Assembly (NCBI GenBank): GCA_964501505.1 | Contig: CAZCSY010000001.1 | Coordinates: forward strand, 4,962 to 68,961 | Length of the DNA: 64,000 nt | Reading direction: 5' to 3' | Origin: an uncultured Planctomycetia bacterium | GTDB taxonomy: Bacteria > Omnitrophota > Gorgyraeia > Velamenicoccales > Velamenicoccaceae | Shown: positions 7,624 to 15,640 of the stretch, one piece after another | How positions within the stretch are numbered: the stretch's first letter is position 1 | Layout: every line of letters begins with the position of its first letter | Notes under the pieces: generated by a model | What the model was told of the DNA's origin: nothing | What the model saw: the letters and a program-made list of their open reading frames with translations, nothing else | The model's database searches: none | Translations under genes and position numbers: made by a program

Positions 7624-8595
7624 GTGTTTGAGACATTCACCCCCAAACAATTCTGCAGGGAGTTTGTTACCTCTCGAGGGAACAGCCTTCAACTGTCTTC
7701 CTTCATGGCGGTGGTCAAGGGGCTCAAGCCCTGTCTGGATGACTGGGTGGCGTGCCGGAACTTTTCCGATTTCCAAAAGGCATGCCGGCGCTACGGTCTT
7801 TTCTGTGAAACGGATACGGTCTTCCGCGTCGTCTCCCCGCGGCGCATCGGCGTCCGGATCATCGGCGCCGAAAACCTGACGACGACGCATGCCTACGGCC
7901 GGCCGTGGTCGCCGGGACTGCGGGAGGGGATGATCCACGTCTTTGTCTCGAGGTCCAAAAAGGACCTGCGGGCCTGCTGGCAGGAGGGCTGGTACCCTTT
8001 GATCATCAAGGGGCGGGTGGTCGACAAGCCCCTCATCGATGTCTATCGTTTCGGTCCCACCTTGGGCTACCCCGGCTGCTGCTGTGATTTTTTCCGTCAG
8101 CGCAACAACTGGTCGCTCTACAACTTTTTGTACGAGGTCTACAAGAACAGCGGGCCGGGGCCGTATCCGTTTCTGTGCAACGCGCTGACGCGCTACGAGA
8201 CCTATTCCTATGTCTCCCACATGCCCTGTTCGTTTTCCTGCGGCCGCACGCGCGCCCTGGCCGAGCGGATCCGGTCCGCTATCCTCGAGGAGGAGCCCGC
8301 CTTCGTCCGGGCCGTCGACCGGCACCTGAGGCTGCCTTTCCTGGTCTTCCGCGAGTGCCGGCTCTACGCCTTTGACGGGACGTTGCGCGGCAACCGGCTG
8401 GATTACCGCAGGGTCTTCTTCGCGGGGCACCAGGCCGATGAGGCGACACACGAAAAGGACCTCAAGAGGGGCGACAGTCTTTATGTGGAGAAGGACACGG
8501 TCGTTATCCTTAAAAAGGGCCGGCTGGTCAAAAAGATCGTCTGGCACAAGGAGCGGCGCGCCCTCGGCCGTCCCTTCTTGATAGGATTTGCGTGA
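7624..8595 (+). CDS. hypothetical protein with GYPGCCCDFF motif
   Basis: GTG start 11 nt after the hxsC stop. 323 aa with a Cys cluster LGYPGCCCDFFRQ..SHMPCSFSCGR. No family recognised by eye. Confidence 0.65.
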   Translation: MFETFTPKQFCREFVTSRGNSLQLSSFMAVVKGLKPCLDDWVACRNFSDFQKACRRYGLFCETDTVFRVVSPRRIGVRIIGAENLTTTHAYGRPWSPGLREGMIHVFVSRSKKDLRACWQEGWYPLIIKGRVVDKPLIDVYRFGPTLGYPGCCCDFFRQRNNWSLYNFLYEVYKNSGPGPYPFLCNALTRYETYSYVSHMPCSFSCGRTRALAERIRSAILEEEPAFVRAVDRHLRLPFLVFRECRLYAFDGTLRGNRLDYRRVFFAGHQADEATHEKDLKRGDSLYVEKDTVVILKKGRLVKKIVWHKERRALGRPFLIGFA

Positions 8596-9101
8596 TGCCC
8601 ATGGCCGAAGAGAAGCGCAACATGAGATATTTCCTGCAGGGTTTGATGCGGCAAGGGGCGTCCTGGCATGAGACGAACGCGCTGGATGATTACACGAAGC
8701 GCAAGGACCTGTGTTTTGATTTTTTGATACGCCTGTATTTTCGTGACGCAAAGGAGTTTAGCCTCCTCAGGCGGCACCTCCCCGTCCTTCTGAAAAGAAA
8801 CCGGGGAGAGGAGTGGGTCCTGGCCTGCGCGGGCTACGTCGCTTACCTCGGGCAGGACTACGAGGCGGCCTGCCGGTGGTTTCTGAAGGCCATCGAGGCG
8901 AACCCCGTCAACCTGGACAACTGGATGGACCTGGCCTTCGCCCTGCGCCATGCCGGCGACGCGGAGACGTCCACCGGCATCCTTTTTAACTTTGATTATG
9001 TGTTGTATTATGCCCGCACGTTCGGTCTTCCCGGCAGGGGCCTCGCCGGCCTCAGCGCCTTCGTGCGCAAGATCGTACGCGCCAGTGAAAAAAAGAGATG
9101 A
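8595..9101 (+). CDS. TPR-like repeat protein
   Basis: ATG overlaps the upstream TGA. ..YEAACRWFLKAIEANPVNLDNWMDLAFALRHAGD.. is TPR-like. Confidence 0.6.
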   Translation: MPMAEEKRNMRYFLQGLMRQGASWHETNALDDYTKRKDLCFDFLIRLYFRDAKEFSLLRRHLPVLLKRNRGEEWVLACAGYVAYLGQDYEAACRWFLKAIEANPVNLDNWMDLAFALRHAGDAETSTGILFNFDYVLYYARTFGLPGRGLAGLSAFVRKIVRASEKKR

Positions 9102-10066
9102 ACACCGTTCTCCTTTTGCTGCCGGCTATCTTTATCGTCGGAGTCGCCACCTCCCGGTCCGACGCCGCGGTCTACAGGATTCGCAACAAGTGGATCGCCG
9201 TGGGACTCTCTTATGCGGCGGTGGCGTATCTGGCGGCCTGGGCCTTTTATTGGCAGGGTGGGACGGCCAGCCGCGCGGCCATACCGCTCATCTGGAACTT
9301 TGAGCGTTGGTGCGTGAACTTTGCCGTTAGCCTCGCCCTCGCGTTCGTGTTGTGGCGCCGGCGCCTGTGGGGCGGCGGGGATGCGAAGCTCTTCGTCTGC
9401 TACGCGGCGCTGACGCCGCTCGCGGTTTATCCCGTCGTCTTTTTCGATTATTACTTTGCCTCCTTCTTTCTCCTATGGTGTGTCTTTGTGCCGGCGACCC
9501 TCTGGTTTCTCCTGAGCCTGGGTTGTCGCGAACTGGTGCGGGCCTGGCGCCGGCCGGAGGTCTTATGGGCCGGGCTGCGGGACAAGGCGCGGCGCCTGAC
9601 GGTTGCGGGGATATTGAAAAGTGCCGGTGAGACCGTCTGGCGTCTTGTGGTATGCGTTATCTTTTTTGCCTTTTTCCGGGACAGGGCCGCGGCGCTCCTG
9701 GGGCCGCAGATCGGCGGATCGGCCTTTGTCCAGGGTCTGGTGTTGCTCGCCGCCCTTTTGCTGCTGCGGGTGGTCACAAGGAGATTTTCGGCGTTGCTGG
9801 CGACGACGGTCCTGTTGGCAGGCCTCTTTGCCACGGACCAGGCGGCGCGGGTCCGCAGTCTCGGCACGCTGAAGACGTCGGCGCTTACCGTTTTGGTCTT
9901 CGTGTTGGTGGTTTCCCTTATTCAGCGGTTTTTTAAGTACCAGTTTGACGATAAGGACGACGAGAAGTCTTTTCTGGCCCCATGGTTTTTCGCAGGAGTC
10001 CTGGTGGTCTGGGTCCTGAAGGCCCTGCAGGGGCTGAGCTTTTTTATTCCGACGCGCGGCCTTTGA
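9098..10066 (+). CDS. A24-family (prepilin/preflagellin-type) aspartyl peptidase with extended membrane C-terminus
   Basis: Polytopic membrane protein. SDAAVYRIRNK (D-x5-I-x-N context) and GGGDAKLF signatures match the two catalytic Asp motifs of A24 peptidases. ATGA overlap with the TPR gene. Confidence 0.7.
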   Translation: MNTVLLLLPAIFIVGVATSRSDAAVYRIRNKWIAVGLSYAAVAYLAAWAFYWQGGTASRAAIPLIWNFERWCVNFAVSLALAFVLWRRRLWGGGDAKLFVCYAALTPLAVYPVVFFDYYFASFFLLWCVFVPATLWFLLSLGCRELVRAWRRPEVLWAGLRDKARRLTVAGILKSAGETVWRLVVCVIFFAFFRDRAAALLGPQIGGSAFVQGLVLLAALLLLRVVTRRFSALLATTVLLAGLFATDQAARVRSLGTLKTSALTVLVFVLVVSLIQRFFKYQFDDKDDEKSFLAPWFFAGVLVVWVLKALQGLSFFIPTRGL

Positions 10067-10090
10067 ATAACCCGAATGTTTTCTTATAAT
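10063..10090 (+). promoter_or_regulatory. sigma70-like promoter marking the end of the hxs operon
   Basis: TTGAAT (10063-10068), 16 nt, TATAAT (10085-10090). It overlaps the stop codon of the A24 peptidase gene. Confidence 0.45.
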
Positions 10091-10168
10091 CTCGCCTTCG
10101 CTCAAGAGGCTTGAACGCGCGAGAAGAGAGAGACAGACTCGGCGGGGCGGCGACAACGGGAGGTTGCC

Positions 10169-10675
10169 ATGTCCAAAGAGTTCAAGGTTATCAAGGCCGG
10201 GGCTATCCAGGATAACCCCTTTGCGGCGATCGGCGAGGGGATGTTGATCACGGCCGGTTCGGTCCGCCGTTACAATATGATGACGGCCAGCTGGGGCGCC
10301 TGGGGTGTCCTGTGGAACCGCCACGTGTGCCTGTGTTTCGTCCGCCCTCACCGTTATACGTTTACCTTTATGGAGGAGGCGGATTTCTTTACCCTTTCCT
10401 TTTTCGACAAGCGGTACAAGAAGGTACTGGATTTTTGCGGCAGCCGTTCCGGCCGGGATGTCGATAAGATGAAGAAGGCGGGCCTCACGCCCGTCTCGGG
10501 AGGCAGGGGTGTGGTCTATTTTAGTGAGGCGCGGCTGGTCATCGTGGCCCGCAAGATCTATTGCCAGGATATCGACCCCGAGAACTTCATCGACCTTCGC
10601 ATCGAGGACAATTATCCCAAGAAAGACTACCATCGGATGTACGTCGGGGAGGTCGTGAGATGTCTGAAAAAGTGA
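10169..10675 (+). CDS. flavin reductase-like (FMN-binding split-barrel) protein
   Basis: ..YNMMTASWGAWGVLWNRHVCLCFVRP.. is typical of flavin reductase-like domain proteins. Confidence 0.7.
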   Translation: MSKEFKVIKAGAIQDNPFAAIGEGMLITAGSVRRYNMMTASWGAWGVLWNRHVCLCFVRPHRYTFTFMEEADFFTLSFFDKRYKKVLDFCGSRSGRDVDKMKKAGLTPVSGGRGVVYFSEARLVIVARKIYCQDIDPENFIDLRIEDNYPKKDYHRMYVGEVVRCLKK

Positions 10676-11199
10676 GGCGCGGTTGTTTGCGCAGGTTTTG
10701 TTGTCTTTTTCTCCTCGCGACCCTTCTGGGGGCGTACCCGGCGCTTGCTCAAGAGGAAGAGAAGCTCGTGCGGCTGAGAGACGGCACCCTGCTGCGCGGC
10801 ACGCTCGTCCCGAGCGCCGCGGGCGTCTTTCGTATCAAGTCGCGTGTGCTGGGGGAGGTCCTGATCGACCCGTCAGACATCTCAAGCGTTGAGAGCCCGG
10901 TCGGCACGGACAGCGCGAACGACACGACCGGCGGCAACGACATGGCCGGGCGGATGGAGAAATTAAAAAAGGAGATCGTGAACAACCCGCAGGTCATGGC
11001 GTCGGTCGAGGAATTGGCGCAGGATGAAGAGATCGCGGCCCTCATGTCGGATGAAAAGCTACAGGCCGCCATCATGTCCCTGGACTTTGATTATTTGAGG
11101 CAGGACGAGAAGTTCCGGGCCTTTACGGCCCACGCCGGCGTCCAGGAGATCATCAGGAAGATCAGGCATCAGGAAGAAGGAGCAGGCGATGAGCGATAA
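10660..11199 (+). CDS. secreted hypothetical protein
   Basis: Internal ATG gives MSEKVRRGCLRRFCCLFLLATLLGAYPALAQEE (signal peptide). It overlaps the upstream gene end. Confidence 0.6.
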   Translation: MSEKVRRGCLRRFCCLFLLATLLGAYPALAQEEEKLVRLRDGTLLRGTLVPSAAGVFRIKSRVLGEVLIDPSDISSVESPVGTDSANDTTGGNDMAGRMEKLKKEIVNNPQVMASVEELAQDEEIAALMSDEKLQAAIMSLDFDYLRQDEKFRAFTAHAGVQEIIRKIRHQEEGAGDER

Positions 11200-11443
11200 G
11201 ATTAAGATCAACTTCGGCAACGAGATCGTCGAGGCGAGCCCCGTCGGGATCAACCAGGCCAGCGAGCATTTCAACCAGTACTTTCTCGACGACGGCACGG
11301 TCCTGCGCATGAAGCTTGTGGCGACCAAGGTTTTTCGCGTCGAGGGCCGCTACGACCAGGACGGCAACCCCGTCTACTTCGTTCAGTCGACGAACGTTTT
11401 GAGCGCGGACGCCCCGAGTTCTCTCAGGCGACCCTCTCCTTAG
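11189..11443 (+). CDS. small hypothetical protein (84 aa)
   Basis: Overlaps the upstream stop and has an RBS gaaggag. No motif recognised. Confidence 0.5.
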   Translation: MSDKIKINFGNEIVEASPVGINQASEHFNQYFLDDGTVLRMKLVATKVFRVEGRYDQDGNPVYFVQSTNVLSADAPSSLRRPSP

Positions 11444-11581
11444 AGTTTTTCACGACCGCGGGGCGTGTCCGGAAAGCGCTTTCCCAAAAAGCGGCGGGGC
11501 GCCTTGTCGCGGGCCGATTCTTGAGTAAACTCTGCTTTGAAAGGAGCGAATGCGAGAGAGTCGCATCCAAACTAAATCCTG

Positions 11582-11611
11582 GGGTCGGCAGCGATGCCGA
11601 CCCTCTTTTTT
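11582..11611 (+). terminator. intrinsic terminator
   Basis: GGGTCGGC-agcgat-GCCGACCC followed by TCTTTTTT. Confidence 0.7.
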
Positions 11612-11779
11612 ATCCCGTCTTCGCAGCATATCCCAGGTTTACCCCGGCAGAATCTTGGCAATGGCCGGGGTTGACCCCGGCAACGTCTTTTCTAGCGCGC
11701 CCGTTTCGTAAAGACCTCTTTGGGCGCATCGTGTTTTTGAAGTGTGCGTTTGAGGCGTGCGGGACAAGGAGGCTGAGTC

Positions 11780-11808
11780 TTTAAAAAAAGGGGCTTTCGA
11801 TGTATAAT
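11780..11808 (+). promoter_or_regulatory. possible promoter of the tRNA-binding-protein operon
   Basis: TATAAT at 11803-11808 preceded by TG. The -35 is weak (TTTAAA) at 17-nt spacing. Confidence 0.3.
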
Positions 11809-11823
11809 GAGGCACGGTAAGAG

Positions 11824-11885
11824 CGCTGGCGCGACGAATAAGGAGCGCCGTTAAGCGCGGCCGCCGAGAAGGTGAGGCGGCCCAG
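11824..11885 (+). repeat. partial tandem copy (B1) of the conserved leader element
   Basis: cgctggcgcgacgaataaggagcgccgtt is identical to 11908-11936 (84-nt period). It is followed by a hairpin GGCCGCC..GGCGGCC in place of CCCCGCC..GGCGGGG. Confidence 0.6.
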
Positions 11886-11907
11886 ATGCAGGTGTTTTTC
11901 CTCTTAA

Positions 11908-12021
11908 CGCTGGCGCGACGAATAAGGAGCGCCGTTGAGCGCGCCCCGCCAAGAAGTCTGGCGGGGCCAGGGACGCGCAAGCGGCACCGCGGCATCTCGG
12001 GAGTCGAGAAAAAGGAGAGGC
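11908..12021 (+). promoter_or_regulatory. conserved structured 5' leader, copy B2
   Basis: Homologous to the minus strand of 3276-3402. It has two hairpins (GGCGC..GCGCC and CCCCGCC..GGCGGGG) and ends in the RBS aaaggagagg and the ATG at 12022. Confidence 0.5.
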
Positions 12022-12360
12022 ATGGAAGGCGAAGAGGCGACTGTTTCCTATGAAGAGTTTCGCAAGATCATCCTGAAGGTAGCGACGATCAGGGAGGTCA
12101 AGGCGCACCCGAAGGCGGACAGGCTCTGGGTGTTGACGATCGACACGGGCAGCGCAACGCGGACGATCGTGGCCGGCATTAAGGCCTTTTACGCGCCCGA
12201 GCAGCTGGCGGGAAGGCAGGTCATCCTGGTGGATAATCTGGCGCCGGCAGATATCCGCGGAGTGAGGAGTCAAGGGATGCTTCTGGCCGCAAGCGATGAG
12301 GCCGGGATCGCGATCCTCTCGCCGGACCGTCACGTGCAGGAAGGCAGTCTCGTGAAATGA
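12022..12360 (+). CDS. tRNA-binding domain protein (CsaA/YgjH-like)
   Basis: ..KAHPKADRLWVLTIDTG..IVAGIKAFY..NLAPADIRGVRSQGMLLAA.. is a typical OB-fold tRNA-binding domain. ATG with RBS aaaggagagg. Confidence 0.8.
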   Translation: MEGEEATVSYEEFRKIILKVATIREVKAHPKADRLWVLTIDTGSATRTIVAGIKAFYAPEQLAGRQVILVDNLAPADIRGVRSQGMLLAASDEAGIAILSPDRHVQEGSLVK

Positions 12361-12779
12361 AAATCGTGACCGAATCGTTGGAGTATGCGACGCAGGGGTT
12401 CTGCGACATCATCGACATCACGGACGACGTCGCTTCGGTCGTGGGCACGTCGAAGCTCAAGGAGGGCAGCGTCCTGATCTTTGTCGTCGGCTCGACCGCG
12501 GCCCTGACGACGGTCGAGTATGAGCCGGCCCTTCTGGACGATGTCAAAAACTTCTTCGAGAAGATCCTTCCCCGGCGCGCGACCTACGCGCACGACGCGA
12601 CATGGGGCGATGCCAACGGATTTTCACATCTGCGGGCGACGCTGATCAAGCCGTCGCTAACGGTGCCCTTCACGAAAGGGGCGATGACCCTGGGCCGGTG
12701 GCAGCAGATCGCGTTGATCGACTTTGATAACAACCGGCGCCAGCGCCGGGTGGTGGTTCAGCTGCAGGGGGAAGAGTAG
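12357..12779 (+). CDS. YjbQ/UPF0047 family protein (secondary thiamine-phosphate synthase-like)
   Basis: ..LIFVVGSTAALTTVEYEP..ANGFSHLRATL.. and an ATGA overlap. Confidence 0.75.
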   Translation: MKIVTESLEYATQGFCDIIDITDDVASVVGTSKLKEGSVLIFVVGSTAALTTVEYEPALLDDVKNFFEKILPRRATYAHDATWGDANGFSHLRATLIKPSLTVPFTKGAMTLGRWQQIALIDFDNNRRQRRVVVQLQGEE

Positions 12780-13297
12780 TGCAGCTCAAGCGGTTCGTGC
12801 CCAGCGAGGTGTGTCTGGCCTGCAGCGGCTGCTGCCGTTTTGCCGAGGCCCAGAGTCCGTGGGCGGCTTTTTTTCTGTACGATGAGATTCGGCGCCTGAC
12901 ACAGGAGAATCTCGTTCCCAGTTGTCTCTTCGTCTCCCCCGACGCCTCGACCGGCCGCGGGGCGTGGATCCATTTGGTAGAAAAGGAGGGACGGTTTTTA
13001 TGTCCGTGTCTTGACACCGACCGCCACACGTGCCGCATCTACTCGTATCGGCCTTTTGACTGCCGCTTATATCCGTTTCTCTTGGTCTGGGAGGATAACA
13101 AGATCTTTCTCGCCGTCGACGAAAAGTGTCCTTACACCCAGAAGCAGGGCGCCTCGGCGGCCTTCACCGAGCACGTCGCGTATCTGACGCAGCTTTTCTC
13201 GGGTTCGCAAGGCGCTCTTTTTCTACGCACGCACCCTGATATCGTCCAGGATTATCCGTCTGAATACCGTGTCCTCCACGTCCTGCCGGAGGCGTAA
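12779..13297 (+). CDS. YkgJ-family Cys-cluster protein (UPF0153)
   Basis: CLACSGCCRF and CRIYSYRPFDCRLYPF motifs. Confidence 0.75.
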   Translation: MQLKRFVPSEVCLACSGCCRFAEAQSPWAAFFLYDEIRRLTQENLVPSCLFVSPDASTGRGAWIHLVEKEGRFLCPCLDTDRHTCRIYSYRPFDCRLYPFLLVWEDNKIFLAVDEKCPYTQKQGASAAFTEHVAYLTQLFSGSQGALFLRTHPDIVQDYPSEYRVLHVLPEA

Positions 13298-14216
13298 GCC
13301 AGCCGCGCGGCCGCGCCGCCTGACGTTGCGCGACGCCCCCTTATTAAAAAGATTCCTGTGTCGGGAACCGCACCTCCTTTCCGGCTTTTCTCTCCTTAAC
13401 CTTTTCTTGTGGCGGCCCTTCTTTGAGATGCGCTGGACGATGGTACGCGGGGCGCTGTGTCTTTTTTACGACGGCAGGGTGGGTCCCGTCGTGGGTGGGA
13501 TGAACCGTTTCATGCCGATCCCGCCCCTGGGCCGGTACGATGCCCTGACGCTGGAAGCCTGCCGCGCGATGATGGCCGCCGTCAACGGCGAGAGCCTGGT
13601 CTCACGCATCGAAAACCTCACCGCGGAGGACCTGGGCCTTTTCAAGAAGAGCAGTTGGCGTATCTACGAGAAGGGGCCGGAGTATGTCGTCAGGCAGCCT
13701 GATGTCGCCTTCCTGCGCGGGGAGCGGCTCAAGCACCGTCGCAACCTGTACAACCGCTGCATCAAGAACGTCCCGGCACGGCTTCGCGACTACCGGCCCC
13801 GGGATCGGGGCGGCGTCTTGGCGCTTTATCGGCGCTGGGCGCAGGGCCGGCGCGCCAGGTACGACGATCCGGTCTACAGGCGCATGCTCGAAGAGAGCCG
13901 GCGCGCGCTGGAATACATGCTCGCGTCTTTGCTCAAGCTCGATGTTGTCGCCAAGGTCGTGGAAGCGGACGCACGGATCATCGCCTTTACGAGCGGGGAT
14001 TATATTTCTCCCGATGTCTTTTGTGTTTCCTTTGAGGTCGCCGATCCCCGGTACCCCGGCGCGGCCCAGTTTATCGCGAGCGGATTGGCCCGGGTCCTGT
14101 CGTGCAGGCTGATCAACATCATGGACGACGCGGGCCTGGCGAACCTGAGAAAGAGCAAATTGCTGATGAAGCCCGTTGTCATACCGATGTCCTATTGCGC
14201 CTCTCCGGTGCCATGA
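13269..14216 (+). CDS. DUF2156-like protein (lysyl-PG synthase C-terminal-like domain)
   Basis: ..LLSGFSLLNLFLWRPFF.. and an overall acyltransferase-like layout. The start is uncertain (GTG overlapping the previous gene). Confidence 0.55.
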   Translation: MSSTSCRRRKPAARPRRLTLRDAPLLKRFLCREPHLLSGFSLLNLFLWRPFFEMRWTMVRGALCLFYDGRVGPVVGGMNRFMPIPPLGRYDALTLEACRAMMAAVNGESLVSRIENLTAEDLGLFKKSSWRIYEKGPEYVVRQPDVAFLRGERLKHRRNLYNRCIKNVPARLRDYRPRDRGGVLALYRRWAQGRRARYDDPVYRRMLEESRRALEYMLASLLKLDVVAKVVEADARIIAFTSGDYISPDVFCVSFEVADPRYPGAAQFIASGLARVLSCRLINIMDDAGLANLRKSKLLMKPVVIPMSYCASPVP

Positions 14217-15637
14217 ACCATACCGTCCATCGCACGCTTACAGACCGCAGGCCCCTTCATGTTTTGTTTGAGGCATTAAAGAAGGACGAGAGGCCCTTTT
14301 TGCTCGAGAGCGGCCTGAACGTGGCCGGCATGGGCCGCTATTCCTTTTTCGGCAGCGAGCCCTTTTGTGTGATCACGCGGCACAAGGAGTGTTTCACCGT
14401 TGAGGAAGAGGGCCGCGTGCGGACGGTCTGCCGGCCGGCCCTCGGGGTCCTGCGTGCGCTTCTCGACCGGTGGCGGCTCGGCGGCAAGAAAGCGTCTGTC
14501 CCTTTTTTGGGCGGGGCCGTGGGCTTTCTGGCTTATGACTTCGGTTTTTCTCTGGAGCGCTTCACCCGGCGGCACGTCCCTGTCGCGGCCACGCCGCAGC
14601 TCTCCTTTGCTTTTTACGATACGATTTATATTAAAGACCACGAGACCGGCCGGCTCACCGTTTTTTCAACGGGTTTCCCCGAGACGAGCGGCGCCCTGCG
14701 TCGGCGCCGGGCCCAGGAGCGCCTGGCGCGCGCCCTCAAGAAGCTGGAGCACAGCGGTCTGCCGGCGACACCTGTGGTCGAGATGCCATCTCGACCAGCG
14801 GCGACAGGAGGGCTTTGCGGACCGTTGCGGTCGAACTTCACGCCGGCCCGCTACAAGAGGGCGGTGCGCAGGGCCAAGGAGTTTATCGCCCGGGGTGACA
14901 TTTATCAGGTCAATTTGGCACAGCGGTTTCGCGCAACGGCCCGCTTTGATCCGTGGCGGCTTTACGGCCGCCTGGCCCGGCGTTTCCCTGTTTCTTTCGG
15001 CGCCTATCTGGGCGGCCCGGGCTATGTCCTCTTGAGCGTTTCTCCCGAGCGGTTCTTGAAGTTCGACGGCCGGCGGGTGGTGACGCGGCCGATGAAGGGG
15101 ACGCGTCCGCGCACCGCAAGCCGCGACGCAAACCGGCGCCTGTACCGCGAGCTGAGACGCGACAAGAAAGAAAAGGCAGAGCTTCTCATGATCGTGGATC
15201 TGGAGCGCAACGACCTGGGCCGCGTGTGCGATTATGCGAGCGTGCGCGTCGAGGAGCTGCGCGTGATCGAGCGGTACGCCAACGTGTATCAGGCGACGGC
15301 CCAGATCTCCGGCCGGCTGCACGCCTCCAAGGACAGGATCGATGTCCTGGGCGCCTGTTTTCCCGGCGGGTCGGTGACGGGCTGTCCCAAGATCCGCGCC
15401 ATGGAGGTTATCGAGGAGCTGGAGCCCGAGGCCCGGGGGATTTATACGGGGGCCCTGGGATATTTGAGCTTTCATAACACGATGGAGTTCAGCATGTTGA
15501 TCCGGACGCTGCTGTGGCAGCGGGACCAGGTCTCTTTTCATGTGGGCGGCGGGATCGTGACCGACTCGCGGCCCGCCTTCGAATACGACGAAACGCTGGT
15601 GAAGGCGCGCGCGCTGATTGAGGCGCTGCAGGAGTAA
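14213..15637 (+). CDS. pabB: aminodeoxychorismate/anthranilate synthase component I
   Basis: GDIYQVNLAQRF, SPERFL, GGSVTGCPKIRAMEVIEELE and GIYTGALGY motifs. ATGA overlap. Followed by a class IV lyase gene. Confidence 0.85.
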   Translation: MNHTVHRTLTDRRPLHVLFEALKKDERPFLLESGLNVAGMGRYSFFGSEPFCVITRHKECFTVEEEGRVRTVCRPALGVLRALLDRWRLGGKKASVPFLGGAVGFLAYDFGFSLERFTRRHVPVAATPQLSFAFYDTIYIKDHETGRLTVFSTGFPETSGALRRRRAQERLARALKKLEHSGLPATPVVEMPSRPAATGGLCGPLRSNFTPARYKRAVRRAKEFIARGDIYQVNLAQRFRATARFDPWRLYGRLARRFPVSFGAYLGGPGYVLLSVSPERFLKFDGRRVVTRPMKGTRPRTASRDANRRLYRELRRDKKEKAELLMIVDLERNDLGRVCDYASVRVEELRVIERYANVYQATAQISGRLHASKDRIDVLGACFPGGSVTGCPKIRAMEVIEELEPEARGIYTGALGYLSFHNTMEFSMLIRTLLWQRDQVSFHVGGGIVTDSRPAFEYDETLVKARALIEALQE

Positions 15638-15640
15638 GTT

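Noticed and set aside
11521-11784. 87-aa ORF in the 11.44-12.02 kb gap.
   Set aside because: It has no RBS and crosses a strong intrinsic terminator and palindromes. Its composition is atypical, so it is treated as non-coding.
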